Shown here: positions 37,500-50,553 of the stretch, in pieces
Layout: each line of letters opens with the position of its first letter
Numbering within the stretch: position 1 is the stretch's first letter
Assembly (NCBI RefSeq): GCF_021028975.2
Contig: NC_059429.1
Span: 107,012,001-107,076,000, forward strand
DNA: 64,000 bases
Reading direction: 5' to 3'
DNA from: Sphaerodactylus townsendi
Lineage: Eukaryota
Notes under the pieces: model-generated
Seen by the model: only the letters and a program-made list of their open reading frames with translations
Database searches by the model: none
Told to the model about the DNA's origin: nothing
Program-made: the position numbers and the translations under genes

Positions 37500-37655
37500 C
37501 GCGTCTCCGGACTGCAAAGGGACGGCTCGGGCGCGCGTGCTCGGCGGCTGCCGGTCTGAGCCACCCGCGCCTCTTGCGGCTGGAAGAAATCCTCGCGCTC
37601 GGCGGCTGCCAGGCTCCGGGGGAACCGGCCGGCTCCGGCGGATCTCGGCGGGTGC

Positions 37656-37689
<34 letters not shown>

Positions 37690-37690
37690 G
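37500..37690 (+). other. Non-coding first exon of a plus-strand gene (start approximate)
   Basis: GC-rich and ATG-free, ending at the consensus donor CTG|gtgagt (37691). Confidence 0.65.
37655..37690 (+). repeat. (CTG)7 CTA (CTG)4 trinucleotide repeat
   Basis: Read directly from the sequence. Confidence 0.95.
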
Positions 37691-39609
37691 GTGAGTTGAG
37701 TTAGGCGATTGACAGACGCGGTGGCGGCGATTGGGATCGGGTTGGCGCAGGAGCGTCTGGCGTCTGGAGCTGCTGGGGCACTTTCCAGACGGGTCCGGTG
37801 GAGCCCAGACGAGGCGCAGAGGCTTTCGGGGCACTGATGGAGAAAGGCTGAGGGGGAAACCGACTGGTGGGTTTCCCCCCTCTTGACCACCTGGCGAATC
37901 GGGGCGTGGGGAGGCTCGGTCTAGATTGCCTCCCGTTCGCCGGACCACGCCTTTGCAAAAACCTCTAGACCTGGCCTTACTCGCTGTTCTCGTTGCAATA
38001 TGTTTTTTTATTTGCGAACTTTGTAGGCAAAGGCAATGGAGGAGGGATGCTCAGGGTGGCACAGCCCGAAACCGCTCCTCCCAATCGGTCAGCTTTGCAT
38101 TTGGAGGGGCTGCTGGTAGGGCGTCAGACTACCCATGATCATTCCCCAGAGCTGCAGGAAGCACCCCCAGGAAGGCATGGGTGGCGTTAGTGGTGGGGAT
38201 TTTACTACAATCGCTTCCCGAATCAGAAATGTCCTATATCTTAATAGGGATGGAGAGATCATTCACTAGGGAGAATAGGAGCACTCTGCACACGGTCATA
38301 GGCACTGTTGCCTTCATTTTAACCCTGCCGTTCAAGACTTGTTCCCCAGATCGTACGGCCAAAGAGCAGAGTGCTCGGGGCTTCTGAAAACTGAAGGAGA
38401 ACTATTGGGGTGGGGGGAGAAAGGCAGAGTCTTTGTAGAAAGAGAGAAGCATCCTTGTTTGCCCTCCTCTTCAGAAGGATCCACTATCCTTGCTTCTTTT
38501 TATGCTCTGACATGGGCATGCACATAAGTTGCTTGGGTGTCTGCTTTTCTCGAGTGAGTAACTCCACTGGTGAAATCCGAAAAGCTGTAGGCATGTGCAA
38601 TGGGTATTCTCTTCCATATGCTTTCCCCTGAATTTCTCTTCCTATTGCAGATGTCTTAGTCTCCTGTGTAGCTCTGGGAGAATACATCTCATCTGTTTCC
38701 CCAATGCTGTCTTACGATCTCCATTGAATACCTCTCCTCCTCCCAACACAGATAGGATGTAAATCAGGTTCAGAGGACATGAGGGTTTTGTGCTTATTAA
38801 CAAGTGAGAGGGATGCTAGCATGCTGGTGTGTGTGTGCATTCGCTGAGGGTGGTAAGACTCCTCTAGGAGTGTGACAGGGGTGTGGGTCAATTGAGAACA
38901 ACTGGAACGTAGTCAGTTTTTCATTTTGATTGCAAGTGTATCATCAAAATTCCATTGATTGGTGGGGTTGTACTATCATTCCAGGGCTTTAAATATAGTG
39001 GAGTTAAATACATTGCTTACCCCTTTTGGAAATAAGGGAAACATTGGAAATTTAAAACGTTTTGAAAAGTGCATTTAGTTTATTGTGATGTAATTAGGGG
39101 AAATGGTGGAAGAACTCAAACTGCTGATGAGGAGGTGTGCGTTGAAGTTTGGGGGCTGCAGTTGTAGGCATAGAGAATTGGAAGTTGGGAGGGGGGACAT
39201 TATCCAAAGGCTCTATCTTTTGGACCACCCTCTTGTGTGGTCCAAAAGGCTCATGCTGTTTAATGTGACTTCACTCTCATGGAGGCTACAGGCTTGATTT
39301 TGTATAATAAACATGAAGGCTAAAACCGAAGCTGTTGATCTATGCCAGGTAGAATGGAGCCAGAGGAGATGTGTGGCCCTGATAATTGACTCCTGATTTG
39401 CAATTTGATTTCTAGTTCTGGTCCTTGAATAGGTAGGGTTACCAATCCCCAGGTGAGGCCTGGAAATCTCCCAGACTGGAGATATTTTTCATACAGAACA
39501 TGGCTGCTTTGTAGAGTGGACTCTATTTCAATATACTTTGCGGAACTAGCATGGTGTAGTGGTCAAGAGCTGGTGGACTCTAATCTGGAGAACTGACTTT
39601 GATTCCCCA

Positions 39610-40474
39610 TTTATATATATAAAAATCTATCAGTGCATTTTTCTGCTGACAGGTAATCTCCCAAACTACTGGACCGATTGCTTTGAAATTTTCACACAAT
39701 GTCGCATTCGCATGTGGCCAGGTTTCCATACTGTTTCCACACCTCCTGTTGTGCACATGTCACAACTGTGCCAGTTATTGTGTACATGCCACACCTGTGA
39801 CAGTTGGAACCACAGTTCTGTTCCACAACAGCGCCATCTGCTGGCCGTCAAAGCAACACCCTCTGATACAAGGGAAACAACCATGCCTTCCTTGAAAACC
39901 ACTGCCATCTGGAGTGAAAGGGATGGGGTCCACCATCTAGACATGGCCCACCCACCCTAGCGGAGGAAGGGTAAGGTGAGGGAGGGTCCAGGGGTTTGCT
40001 GGACCACGCGCTCTGAAATTTGAACACAACGTAGCTCATGCCTCCCAGCGTGTTTTACACTAGGTCAGGGGTAGGGAACCTGCGGCTCTCCAGATGTTCA
40101 GGAACTACAATTCCCATCAGCCGGCCATGCTGGTAGGGGCTGATGGGAATTGTAGTTCCTGAACATCTGGAGAGCCGCAGGTTCCCTACCCCTGCACTAG
40201 ATAATTCGCCTGCAAGGGAAGGGAGTGAAAGGGACAGGATCAGCCACCTGCACATGGCCCACCAACCCTAGCAGAGGAAGGGGAATGTTAGGGAGGGACC
40301 GGCTGGGTTGCCATGCAAGGGAATGGGAGAGAGGGAGGGGAGCGAGGGGCCCCTCGCCCCTCCCCTTCCTTGCAAGCATTGTGCAATGACACATGTTTGA
40401 ACCGTTCTCTTCCCCTTTTTTTCTTTTCCACTTCACCAGACTCAGCCACAGCAATGTGTGACCGGGCCCGCTAG
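39610..40474 (+). mobile_element. Non-autonomous Helitron
   Basis: Inserted between A and T with no TSD; 5' tttatatatataaaa (TC decayed to TT); 3' subterminal hairpin (ccacagcaatgtgtg) followed by CTAG. Confidence 0.75.
40066..40194. mobile_element. hAT MITE (near-perfect palindrome) inside the Helitron
   Basis: caggggtagggaacctgcggctctccagatgttcaggaactacaattcccatcagcc and its reverse complement; TSD cactaggt/cactagat. Confidence 0.9.
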
Positions 40475-40887
40475 TTCTATATAAGCAGCGGACTTTTCAT
40501 CTGAAGAACCGTGTTCTCCCCATTCTGTATTAGTGGTGGACTCGTATTTGATTAACTGAATTTGTTTCCCTGCTTCTTCACATGAAACCTGCTGGCTGAC
40601 CTTCGGCCAATGACAGTTTTTCAGAACTCTCTCAGGTCCACTTATCTCACCAGGTGTCTGTTGTGGGAAGGGGAAGAGAAGGAGTTTGTAAGATGCTCTG
40701 AGACTCCTTACGGTTGATAAAAGCAGGTATAAATCCAAACTTTACTTGTCACTGTCACTTACCCAATCCCCACCCTCCCAGGACTCCACCCCTAAAATAT
40801 CCAGGTATTTCCCAACCCACAGTTGGCAGCTCTGTATAGAGCTGGCTGCACACTTCTCTGCTTGCTGATGTCTTTCTGTTTTGGGAC

Positions 40888-41079
40888 CAGAGGTGGGATC
40901 CAACCAGTTCTCACCTCTTCTCTAGAAGTGGTTACTAATTTTTTCTGAGTGCCGAGAAGGGGTTACTAAAGCAACCTCCCTGCCCAATAGGGACTGGAGG
41001 TGCGTGTGTGTGGCGGTGCCACTGTTTGAATCCCACCACCATTGGAACCTGTTATTAAAATTTTTGGATCCCACAACTG
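40888..41079. mobile_element. hAT element related to 28809-29200
   Basis: cagaggtgggatcca / tggatcccacaactg termini; TSD tttgggac/ttggggac. Confidence 0.85.
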
Positions 41080-44000
41080 TTGGGGACCCTTATTTAGAGC
41101 ACTTTGCAAAATGGTACCCAAGGCCGTCCTTCATATACAGAGATTACTCTTTTTTATCGTGTGCATGTTATCTAACAGTCTGGTTTGATGTCGCCTGGCT
41201 CTGGGCAGGCAGAAACATCACAGTCCCAGTGGCTGACATTTGGCTGAACACAATGAGCCTGGGGGCAAGCATCAGGTATACAAAGGGACATATCTGGAGG
41301 CTTAGAACTGAATAATGAAATCGATAAATAACTCCTATCAAACCATATAATTACTGTCTGCATGACCCAGGTTTTTGAACAACACCTTTTTAAATAGCAG
41401 TCAGCTCAGCCAAAGGGGGCCTTTTTGTGAACACAGGCAACTGCCAATTTTTGCTTGTGGATAATTGTTGTTAAGGGTAGTTGTGAGAAATAGGATAATA
41501 ATTCATGCTGCATCCCATAAAGGAATGGAAGAGAGGAAGGAATGGCCCCTGTTTACTTCCTTCCTTTATTTATAGCCCACCTTCTCACTGGGACTCACAA
41601 CATATTGCAAAATATTAAAAAGTTCAACTAGACAGCAAAGGCTTTCAATAAACAATGTAGTAGGACTGAGTTTACAGGTTTGAAAAACAATGCAAACAAA
41701 CTAAAGAAGTCCACGGTACGACATACCATAATGCAGAAAGTGGGTTACAAAAGTGGAAGATGGTGTAGATTAAGGAATGTGGAATTGTCAAGAAACTAAG
41801 TTCTTTTTGTGCAGTTTCTTAGCCTCTTACACATTGGTTCAAGCTTCAGGCCTCACAATAACGCTGCAAGGCTGAATATGTATGGGTCTCACAATAAGTC
41901 TGAGTATGTATGGGTCTGGCCCATGTCAGTGTGGGGATTTTAATTCATCAGGTGGGGAACAATCACAGAAGTGGCTTTAGCTTTTCCCACCTCCTGCTGA
42001 ACTGTGGAAGCCTCCAAAGGTATTTTCCAAGACCCAGGCAGGTTGATAAGGGAACAGATGGTCCTCCAGGCTTAACATCTGGTCTGCAGATCAGGGGGCC
42101 CAAACTGGTAATGGTCTGCAGAATCTTTCCTGCTCTGCATTACTATGAAAAAGAAATGGTGCACTTAGGTGCGGCTAGAGGGTAGCTACAGTTTGGTGAA
42201 TGGAAACAGCAAAAACGGCAAAGCGTAACATACAATGGCTCATGCAGAACATTTGGCATAAAGATGACCAGCGTTTGCCTCTGCTCCCATTAAAACTCCA
42301 TACCCAGCTGGTTCATCACTAACAAGATTTCTTTATTGCGAGAAGGACCCTGTGTAGATTTTGTTGGTGACTCTGGTACCAGGTCCACGGTGGTGTGACC
42401 ATTTTCTCTCTTTATTGCTATATGCCAGTATCAGCATATGAAAGGATCTGCGCAGAAGAGAAACAGCCCTGTGTTTTTTCATCCATGGCTAATGCTGGAT
42501 GGTCAATTTTAGAGGACTTTTAATGACCTCCTTTCACTGGAGGCTAGCTAGCATGAATGGGGATTTTGACAGTGGTGATGGTCATATTGCTTCTGCTTTC
42601 TAAGTCTCAACAGTCATCACATTCCTCGTTTATTTTCAGTTCTCCTTGGCTGTAAACCTACAAATAATAGCAGAGCTGAATTGCTTGGTGGCAAAACCCA
42701 ATATTGGGGAGGATGGGTGCATGGGATACCAGGTTTGGAGGGCACTGGGCTCAGGGAATGGCTGCCACGGGCTGTCTCCTCAACAGAACAGAGATTTCAT
42801 TGTCCCATCTCTTGTAAAGCTGTCAGTGTTGATGTACCTGGCTGGCACGGGATGAACATGGTGCTGGTTTCTCACAAGAAAATTTACAGTGTTCAACCAA
42901 GAGGTTTTGAACCACCGTGACGTTATGGGTACCATAAAAAGAAATGGGTACCATAAAAAGTAACCCATATTAATGCAACATTCATTCATCATTGTACAGG
43001 ACAGCAATAAATGAGGCACACAGAGAATGCAGCAACTCATGAAATGGGCTACAAATGCAAATTCAAAAAAAGAAAAAAATAGGTATTGAGAAGCTGGAGG
43101 GAGACACTGAAACTATTTCTTGCCTAGGCTGCTATTTGCTATATAGGGCCAGCCTAGAACTGCCAGGCCCCCCCTTAGCTATGTGTGTGTGGGCGGGTGT
43201 GGAGGTAATGTTTCCAGGTAGGAAAACTTCTGGAATTTTGGGGATGGAGCTTGGGAAGGACAGAAACCTCAGTGAGGTCCAGTGTCACAGTGTCTACCCT
43301 CTAAAGCATCCATTTTCTCCAGGGGAAGAAATGGCACCTTTAAAAATTTCCATCCCATGTTTCTCCTCACTGGGATCTCAAAGAGGTCTGCAAAGAAACA
43401 CAAAATTATAATGGGGCGGAATAAAATGGCAAGAAAACACCAGCTTCTAGACTGGTCCTGGGCTTATCCAGGACCACAGACTACAAGCCACTGGCTAAGA
43501 ATGGTGGGATCATTCAGGGATAAGTAATAGCTGTAGCAAAGTCTCTCTGATAGGTTTATGTTCTGCATTGTAGAGCTCGGGCTACTTTTAGTAAGAACTG
43601 TTCTTTGGTCTCCTCTTTACCTCTTTCATAGCAAGAAGGGGGCTGTGCTAGTCTTTTGATCTGTCAGACTAGGCCAGAGGAAATAGCCTTCCTTCCTCTT
43701 CTTGTGAATCTGTTCAAGAAAATGTGGAAATGCAGTACAGCCATCCATCCTTAATTTTATATTTCCAAGGTATTTATTGAGGACAAGATTCCCATTTGCA
43801 ATTGAATTAGAGAGCAAAAATATAAATGATCCTACCCTACCACTGTTGGGTGCTAAATCATTTTTAGATGTATTCTCTCTTTTAACAAACAATATAAGGC
43901 ACATATATGCATGTGGCAGTGGAAAGCGCTATTGTGCCACAGCTGATTTATGGTGACCTTTATGGGTTTTCAAGGTTTTCGGAGGTGGTCAGCCATTGCC

Positions 44001-44214
44001 TGCCTCTATGTGGACTGAGGGAGCTCTGAGAGAACTGTGACTGGCCTGAGGCTTCATGTAGGCATGGGAAATCGAACTCAGTTCTCCAGATTAGAGTCCA
44101 CCATTCTTAACCACTATGCAATTCTGGTTCACATACATATTTACATACATATTTATTCAAGGCCTTTAAAACCAATCTTAGGGTATGGAATGGTATAGTA
44201 TAGCCTGCTTTAAT

Positions 44215-44330
44215 TAGATTTTGGAAGCTTAGCTGGGTCGGTACTTGAATGGGAGACTAGCAAGGAATACCTGCCTTGAAAATCTCTTGCTTGGATCACC
44301 ATAAGTTGACTGTGACTTGTTGACACGCTA
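44215..44330 (+). mobile_element. 5S-headed SINE fragment
   Basis: gattttggaagcttagctgggtcggtacttgaatgggagac plus gccttgaa..tcaccataagttgactgtgacttg. Confidence 0.55.
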
Positions 44331-44659
44331 CACACCCACACAAACCCTTCTTTCTCCATGTTAGACCTCAGTGATCCCCAGACTACAAAATTAGTTCCCC
44401 AGGCTCTTTGGAAGACACATTTCATGGAATTATATACCCTGCTGAGGTTCTTCCTCATGCTTCAACACCAAATCTCCAGTAGTCTCCCAACCCAGATTTC
44501 TCAACTCTGTATCTAAGCCAGGTCTGGCATTTTCTGATAGTCCAAAAGGTTAGCCCAGAATAAACAGTCCAATGTTTTCACTTACTAAAAAAACCAGTCA
44601 AATCAGAAACCCCCATAGTGAAGCAGCTTTGATATCACTTATAAGGAAAACAACTTCGG

Positions 44660-47600
44660 GCTCAACAGAGGCAGTGCCGTGTCTTGCCACAGGTGGCGGC
44701 AGAGAGCCATGCCCTGTGGCCAATTCTGGTACTGCGGGAGCTGTGCTGCTGATGCAATCGTTCACCTTACAAAGACAGTCTCAGACAATTGATCTACTAC
44801 AGCAGCCCCAGCTCAGAGCCTCTATGAGCTTGGTGAACATCAATGGGAACGATTTTTGGGAGCGATCTTTGGTGGCAAATCAGGAAACCGAGCGCCCTCT
44901 GCGAAGTGGACAGTGTAGCCACGGCTGGCTCGGGTGGTGTGAGCCCCGGTCCAGCTGCTGGTTTAGCTGCCAATATAGTAGGAATTCCATCATAGCAGAA
45001 CTTTTATCATCATTCTTCACTGATATACTGGGGACTCAGGTGTTAATTATACCGTCCCAAGGGGTCGCTTCCTCCCCCCTTGTTGCAGCTTGTACCCCTT
45101 AATCCGCACTTCTCCCCTCCCCACCCCTGATGTGAGGTCTGTAATTTAGGTGCTATAATTAGAGTATATTAGATATTTAATTTGACTATTACAGGCCATA
45201 CCTTGTTATGAATTGTCGATAACCCACCAGAAATTGTAATCAAATTTTAGTTAGTTTAGACTAAGGTGATAGGTTAGGACTAGATAGCTATTTGAGCTGG
45301 ATTGTTTAGTGAGGATATTAGTTAGGTTTGTTAGATAAGAGAGAGGCTGGTGAAGCCATGGGGGCACCAACCCTGGGGCTAGGGATCCCTGTGCTGATGG
45401 GACGGGGTAGATATTGCGGTAGGCGGCGGCCATATGATAGAAGACGTACGAGATATAGTTATGCTCGTCCGCCTTCTGACCTCCGACCTATCCCGAGAAA
45501 CGATGGTGGTTTGGATCAGGGACACTCTGCTTCGTCTTTGGTGTTAATTAATGCCAGGTCCATCAATAATAAGACCGCGATACTCCGAGATTTTCTCGGA
45601 GCTCAGCAGGTGGACCTGGCAGGCATTACCGAAACCTGGGTGCGCGAAGGTGAGACCGTCGCCTTGGGCGAAGTTGCGCCCCCGGGTTTCGCATGCCTCC
45701 ACCGATCACGAACACAGGGCCGGGGGGGTGGGGTGGCATTGTTCATCCGTGAGTCTATTCCCTTTAGGGCAGTCCCCACCCCGGAGATCACTGGTATAGA
45801 GTGTGTCGGCCTGGAGTGGTTGGCCTTGGAGAGGTTGGCTGTTCTCCTGGTGTACCGGTCGCCTAGCGCACCGGGAGACAGCCTGCCGCGGCTGCTGGAG
45901 GTGGTGTCGGACTGGGCGTTGCAGTTCCCCAGACTTATTGTCTTGGGGGACTTCAACGTCCACGTCGACTCCGCCTCATGTGTGGCGGCCGTGGACCTAG
46001 TGTCATCCATGGCGACACTAGGACTCTCCTTAATAAACTCTGGCCCCACCCATGAGGCCGGGCACACGCTGGATTTGGTCTTCGGGTCGGGGATAAATTT
46101 GGTCGTATCCTCTACTGACAGAGTGCCATGGTCCGACCATTATGCCTTGAAGGTCCGGGTGGACTTGCCACAACACCCCTGTCTAGGCGACGGGCTGATT
46201 TATGCCCGCCCGCGGAGACTTATGGATCCACTTGGTTTCCTGAATGCTCTTCGGGACCCTGACCCTACCGGCACACTCGATGAGCAGGTGGAGGACTGGA
46301 ATGCCCGGCTCTCCGATGCCATCGATGTTGTTGCCCCCCGGCGTCCTCTACGCCCCTCGCTCCAGACGCCAGCTTCCATGGTATACAGAGGAGTTGCGCC
46401 AGATAAAACGGGACTTAGACGTCTAGAGCGAAGTGTGGAGGAAATCTCGCGGACGGCTGCGCGAACATCTTATAGGACGTTTATGAAAGCTCTGCGAGAT
46501 GGCGATGAAGGCGAAGTAAAGAGGGTTTTCCTCCTCCTCCCTCGGTCCGCTAGCTCTCGCCCAGCTCAATTGTTTCAGATAGTTCGGTCACTGACCTCCC
46601 TGTCGGGGAGTTCATCAAATTCTCAATTGGATATTAGCTGTGAGGCATTCATGAGCTTCTTTTGCCGGATAAGGTCGCCGCTCCGCCATGACCTTCCACC
46701 CACGTTGGCTACAATTAGTGAACTGGAGACTCCCTTACCGCCTTCGGGCCCTTGTTTGGCCCGGTTCTCCCTTGCTCTCTGAAGCCGCTGTCGACAGTGC
46801 CTTAGCTGCTGTTAGACCTACTTCCTGTCCTTCTGGATCCGCGTCCGGCCCTGGTTTGTTAAAGCTTGCCAGGCGGAGCTACGACCCCATCTGTTGAGTA
46901 TAATCAATGGCTCCCTCGAAAGGAGCCTTCCGGGATGGGTTGGAAGGAGGCAGTGGTCCACCCACTCTTAAAAAGACCATCATTAGATCCGAGATCTGGC
47001 CAATTACCGCCCCGTCTCGAATCTTCGTTTCTGGGGAAGGTAATTGAGAGAGTGGTGTTGGATCAGCTTCAAGGTTTTCTGGATGACGCATCGGCTTTCG
47101 ACCCCTTCCAGTCCGGCTTCCGTGCTGGGCATGGGACGGAGACTGTTCTTGTCGCAGTCACAGATACACTCCGCATCCAGCTTGACCGAGGCGGATCGGC
47201 GCTGCTGGTGTTGTTAGATCTTACCGCAGCGTTTGATATGGTCGACCATGACCTTTTGACCCACCGCCTGGCTGCCTCCGGAGTACGGGCACTGTCCTTC
47301 AGTGGATAGTCTCGTTTCTCCGGGGCCGGAATCAGCAAGTGAGATGCGGGGATCAGGCCTCCCGGAAGTGCCCGCTTCAATGCGGTGTACCCCAGGGGGC
47401 GCTACTATCCCCGCTGTTGTTTAACATCTATATGCGACCCCTTGCTCAGCTGGTGCGGAGGTTTGGGCTGATTTGTCATCAGTATGCAGATGACACTCAG
47501 CTCATTCTGTTGATGGAGGGGGGAGCAGCTGCCGCCCCTGCGGCTCTACAGCACTGTTTGGAGGCGGTAGCTGGTTGGTTGCGACAGAGCAGGTTACAAC

Positions 47601-48630
47601 TGAACCCATCGAAGACGGAGATCCTCTGGCTTGGCCGTGAGGGAGAGGGGGGGACTTTCCAGCCGCCGGTGTGGGAGGGGGCCACATTGGCGCCGACCCC
47701 CTCCGTCTGCAGCCTGGGGGTCCACCTGGATTTGTCTCTCTCAATGGAGACCCAGGTGGCCCATACAACCCGGGCTGCTTTTTTCCACCTTCGCCAAGCC
47801 TGGCGGCTGGCTCCTTTCCTCTCCCAAGCAGACCTAGCCACTATGATCCACGCAACGGTCACCTCCAGATTGGACTATTGTAACTCGCTCTACGCGGGCC
47901 TTCCCTTGCGCCTGATCCGGAGATTAAACTGGTCCAGTTACGCGGCGGCGCCGCCTGCTGACGGGTAGCGCCACCTGGGAACACATTATCCAGTTTGGGT
48001 GTTGCGCCAGCTGCACTGGCTCCCAGTAGAGTTCCGGATCATTTTCAAGGTGTTGGTGTTGACCTTTAAGGCCTTACGCGGCCTGGGACCATCGTATCTT
48101 CGAGACCGCATCACCCCATACGTCCCTGCACGGCCTCTCTGGTCAGCTGAGGCCAATTTATTGGTGGTCCCTGGCCCCTCAATGATGCGGCTGGCCTCCA
48201 CACGGGCCAGGGCCTTTACGGCTCTGGCCCCGGCCTGGTGGAACGCTCTCCCTCCAGCTGTCCGGGCCCTGCAGGACCTTGGCGAGTTCCACAGGGCCTG
48301 CAAGACGGAGCTGTTCCGCCGGGCCTTTGGAGGAACTGGCCGCTGATGTGGTGCCCCCTTCCCTGTTTGGCCCTGCCCGACCCGGACAATTGGGTCATTG
48401 TCATCTAGCGAGACCACCATGCCTCCCCTGGGGTGGGGGGTGGGGAGGGAATCTTAAAATTAAGATGTTGGGCCCATTTATATTTTTACTCTTCTAATAA
48501 TTGTGGTTAACTGTTGCTGCTTTTAATGTTTTATTTACTTATACTATTGTTTTTACCTGTTGTACACCGCCCAGAGCCCTTCGGGGATGGGGCGGTATAA
48601 AAGTTCCAAAAATAAATAAATAAATAAATA
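44660..48630 (+). mobile_element. Near full-length young L2-clade LINE (5' end approximate)
   Basis: CpG-rich body, EN+RT ORF, 3' stem-loop ccgcccagagcccttcggggatggggcgg and (aaat)n tail. Confidence 0.9.
45358..48346 (+). pseudogene. L2 ORF2 (APE endonuclease plus RT) with several frameshifts
   Basis: INARSI, GITETW, GDFNVH, THEAGHTLDL, SDH, FQSGFR, LDLTAAFD, GVPQGALLSP, YADDTQL, SRLDYCNS, LHWLPV. Confidence 0.92.
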
Positions 48631-48784
48631 TCTGCTGTTGACAACTTTGATGATTTTCAGGATTTAAGAAGTTAGAAATCCATGGGATTATGTTCCCAAG
48701 TCAATCTATCTTGTGTTAATGATGTATCCAGAGTTCTTTTGCATTTATAACTGATTTAAGTTTGACCTCACCTTGGTAGCCCAG

Positions 48785-48960
48785 GTAGCCTGACCTTATC
48801 AGATCTTGGATGCCAAGAGGGGTTAGCTCTATTTGGATGGGAGACAACCAAGAAAGTATAGAGTTGCTACACAGAGGTGGGGAATGACAAAGCACCTCTG
48901 AGTGTCTCTTGCCTTAAAAACCCTATGGGATTGCCATAAGTCTGTGGTGCCTTGACAGTA
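48785..48960 (+). mobile_element. 5S-headed Sauria-type SINE
   Basis: gcctgaccttatcagatcttgga..ttggatgggagac..gccttaaaaaccctatgggattgccataagtc. Confidence 0.6.
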
Positions 48961-50139
48961 GAATACAAACAGAAATGAATATGTTGCATAAATGTTGCAG
49001 TTGCTAACGTAGACACACTTGAGTTTCCCAGGCATGAGTTGAAATCTTGTGGGTTGCAGAAACCGCACTGACCGATGCTATAGGGATATTGCACAGACCA
49101 ACATTAAGAAGTTTTGGACACTCAGCACAAGTGTTAGAGAAGTTAGTTTCATTGTGGAAGTCTAGGACTGAATCAACTCATCAGTGAAGCATCATGAGAC
49201 AATTCATCTCTTCTTATATTTCTAGAGTAATTCTTCTGTATTACAGTCCAGCCAAGCATAGTTCAATTTCTACCAGTTTTTAGGACCTTGCCTCCACAGG
49301 TCTTTTGTGACCGGGCAGTAGTGACTTAATCTTACCTAACTACATGAAGGGACAACCAGTGAGCCCTGATCAAAGAAGCAGACTTGATGAATAGGTTCAT
49401 ATGGGACCAGTGGTCCTTCAACATTCACATTTACAGTAGCCTCCAAAGTCCATTCCAGATATTTCATCCACACTTTACAGGAACCTCCCAACTGTTTGTA
49501 GAACCTTCCAATATGCGTGCTCACCACAGTCTCTGAACTGGGGCTTGCATCTGTGTACAGCTTCAGTATGTGTAAATTGACTGTTGTGTTTTTCAGGAAT
49601 CTTGTCCACATGTACGCACATGCAAAATGCATGCATGGCTCTCATTCAGACAGCATGGTGATCATGTGTATCAGGAACGTGGTAGGTACTGGCACATTCC
49701 TGATATGTGAAGCTGTTGGGTTTGTGGTAGGTGTCAATGGCTTGTCTGAAAAGGGCTTAGTATTTAGTAGTGTGTATTACAGTGACAGTGTGGTTGGTTA
49801 CCCATGGCCAGTTCAGCCCCTGCTCTGGCACAGAAATCACACCAGAAGTCACACCACTGGGAAAGTGAGAAGCACAGGCAGGGCAAGAGAAAGCGCATCG
49901 GGTCAAGAAATCTTGCCCCAACGTTCTTCCTCTCTTAGCACACTACAGAGAAGAAGCACACCAGGACAAGATTTTCTGCTCTTTCCCAACTTAAAATGGA
50001 GCTTCGGGGGATCAAAGAGCAGTACAATTATATAATGTTGAGGCAATTAACAGCTTTTATTATTGTAAAATATAAATAGGCTGTCTCTTCTGCTACATCC
50101 CCCAATGAACACTCCATTGTTCATCAAGTGAAAATTTAC

Positions 50140-50553
50140 TTGTTGTCCCTGGCCCAAGGGAAGTCCAGCTAAAATGCTCTGTCTAGTAAGAACAGGGCCC
50201 TGCAGGATCTATTGCAGTTCCACAGGGCCTGTAAGACCGAATTGTTCTACCAGGCATGTAGTTGAGGCAGCAACGGATACCATCTTTGGCCTTCCACCTG
50301 GGTACCCCTCTATTAAGGGAGGGGCTTTAGTTTTATCCTCCCTTCTTTTTCAGGATTTATCTGATCTCAGTGAAATTGGATATTTTTGCCACCTTGCCTT
50401 TGGATAGTATGTACAGTTTTAATATTTTAATTTATGATGAGTAGCTATGGTATTGTATTTATTATGTAATTGTATATATTTTGCCGGGTTGGAAATGGCT
50501 CCAAACCCAGAAGGGGAGGAGTGGTATAAAAAATTAGCACAAATAAACAAATA
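50140..50553 (+). mobile_element. L2 3' fragment
   Basis: gggccctgcagga...gttccacagggcctgtaagac matches 48263-48310; A-rich tail. Confidence 0.7.

Larger units (their letters stand above)
37200..37960. promoter_or_regulatory. CpG island, likely bidirectional promoter
   Basis: Only non-TE CpG-dense stretch; GC boxes (ccccgcc at ~37378, 37398, 37434; ggcgggg at ~37414), inverted CCAAT at ~37730, no TATA box. Confidence 0.85.
39546..40740 (+). mobile_element. tRNA-derived CORE SINE (Squam3-like) split by a Helitron
   Basis: Head tggtgtagtggt..agagc..gactctaatctggagaact..gattcccca (39546-39609); body resumes at 40475 and ends ggtataaatccaaac. Confidence 0.75.

Noticed and set aside
37109-37699. 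Poly-Leu read as a signal peptide of a plus-strand protein
   Set aside because: No in-frame ATG (the listed start is TTG, upstream of the GC boxes), so it is treated as 5' UTR.
36970-37890. 306-aa minus-strand ORF with poly-Ser
   Set aside because: Stop-poor by-product of the GC-rich island and the CAG strand of the repeat; non-ATG start and no domain. Only the MALLQ... segment has splice support.
44572-45102. 176-aa ORF as L2 ORF1
   Set aside because: Starts outside the apparent element boundary and lacks RRM, zinc-finger or esterase motifs.
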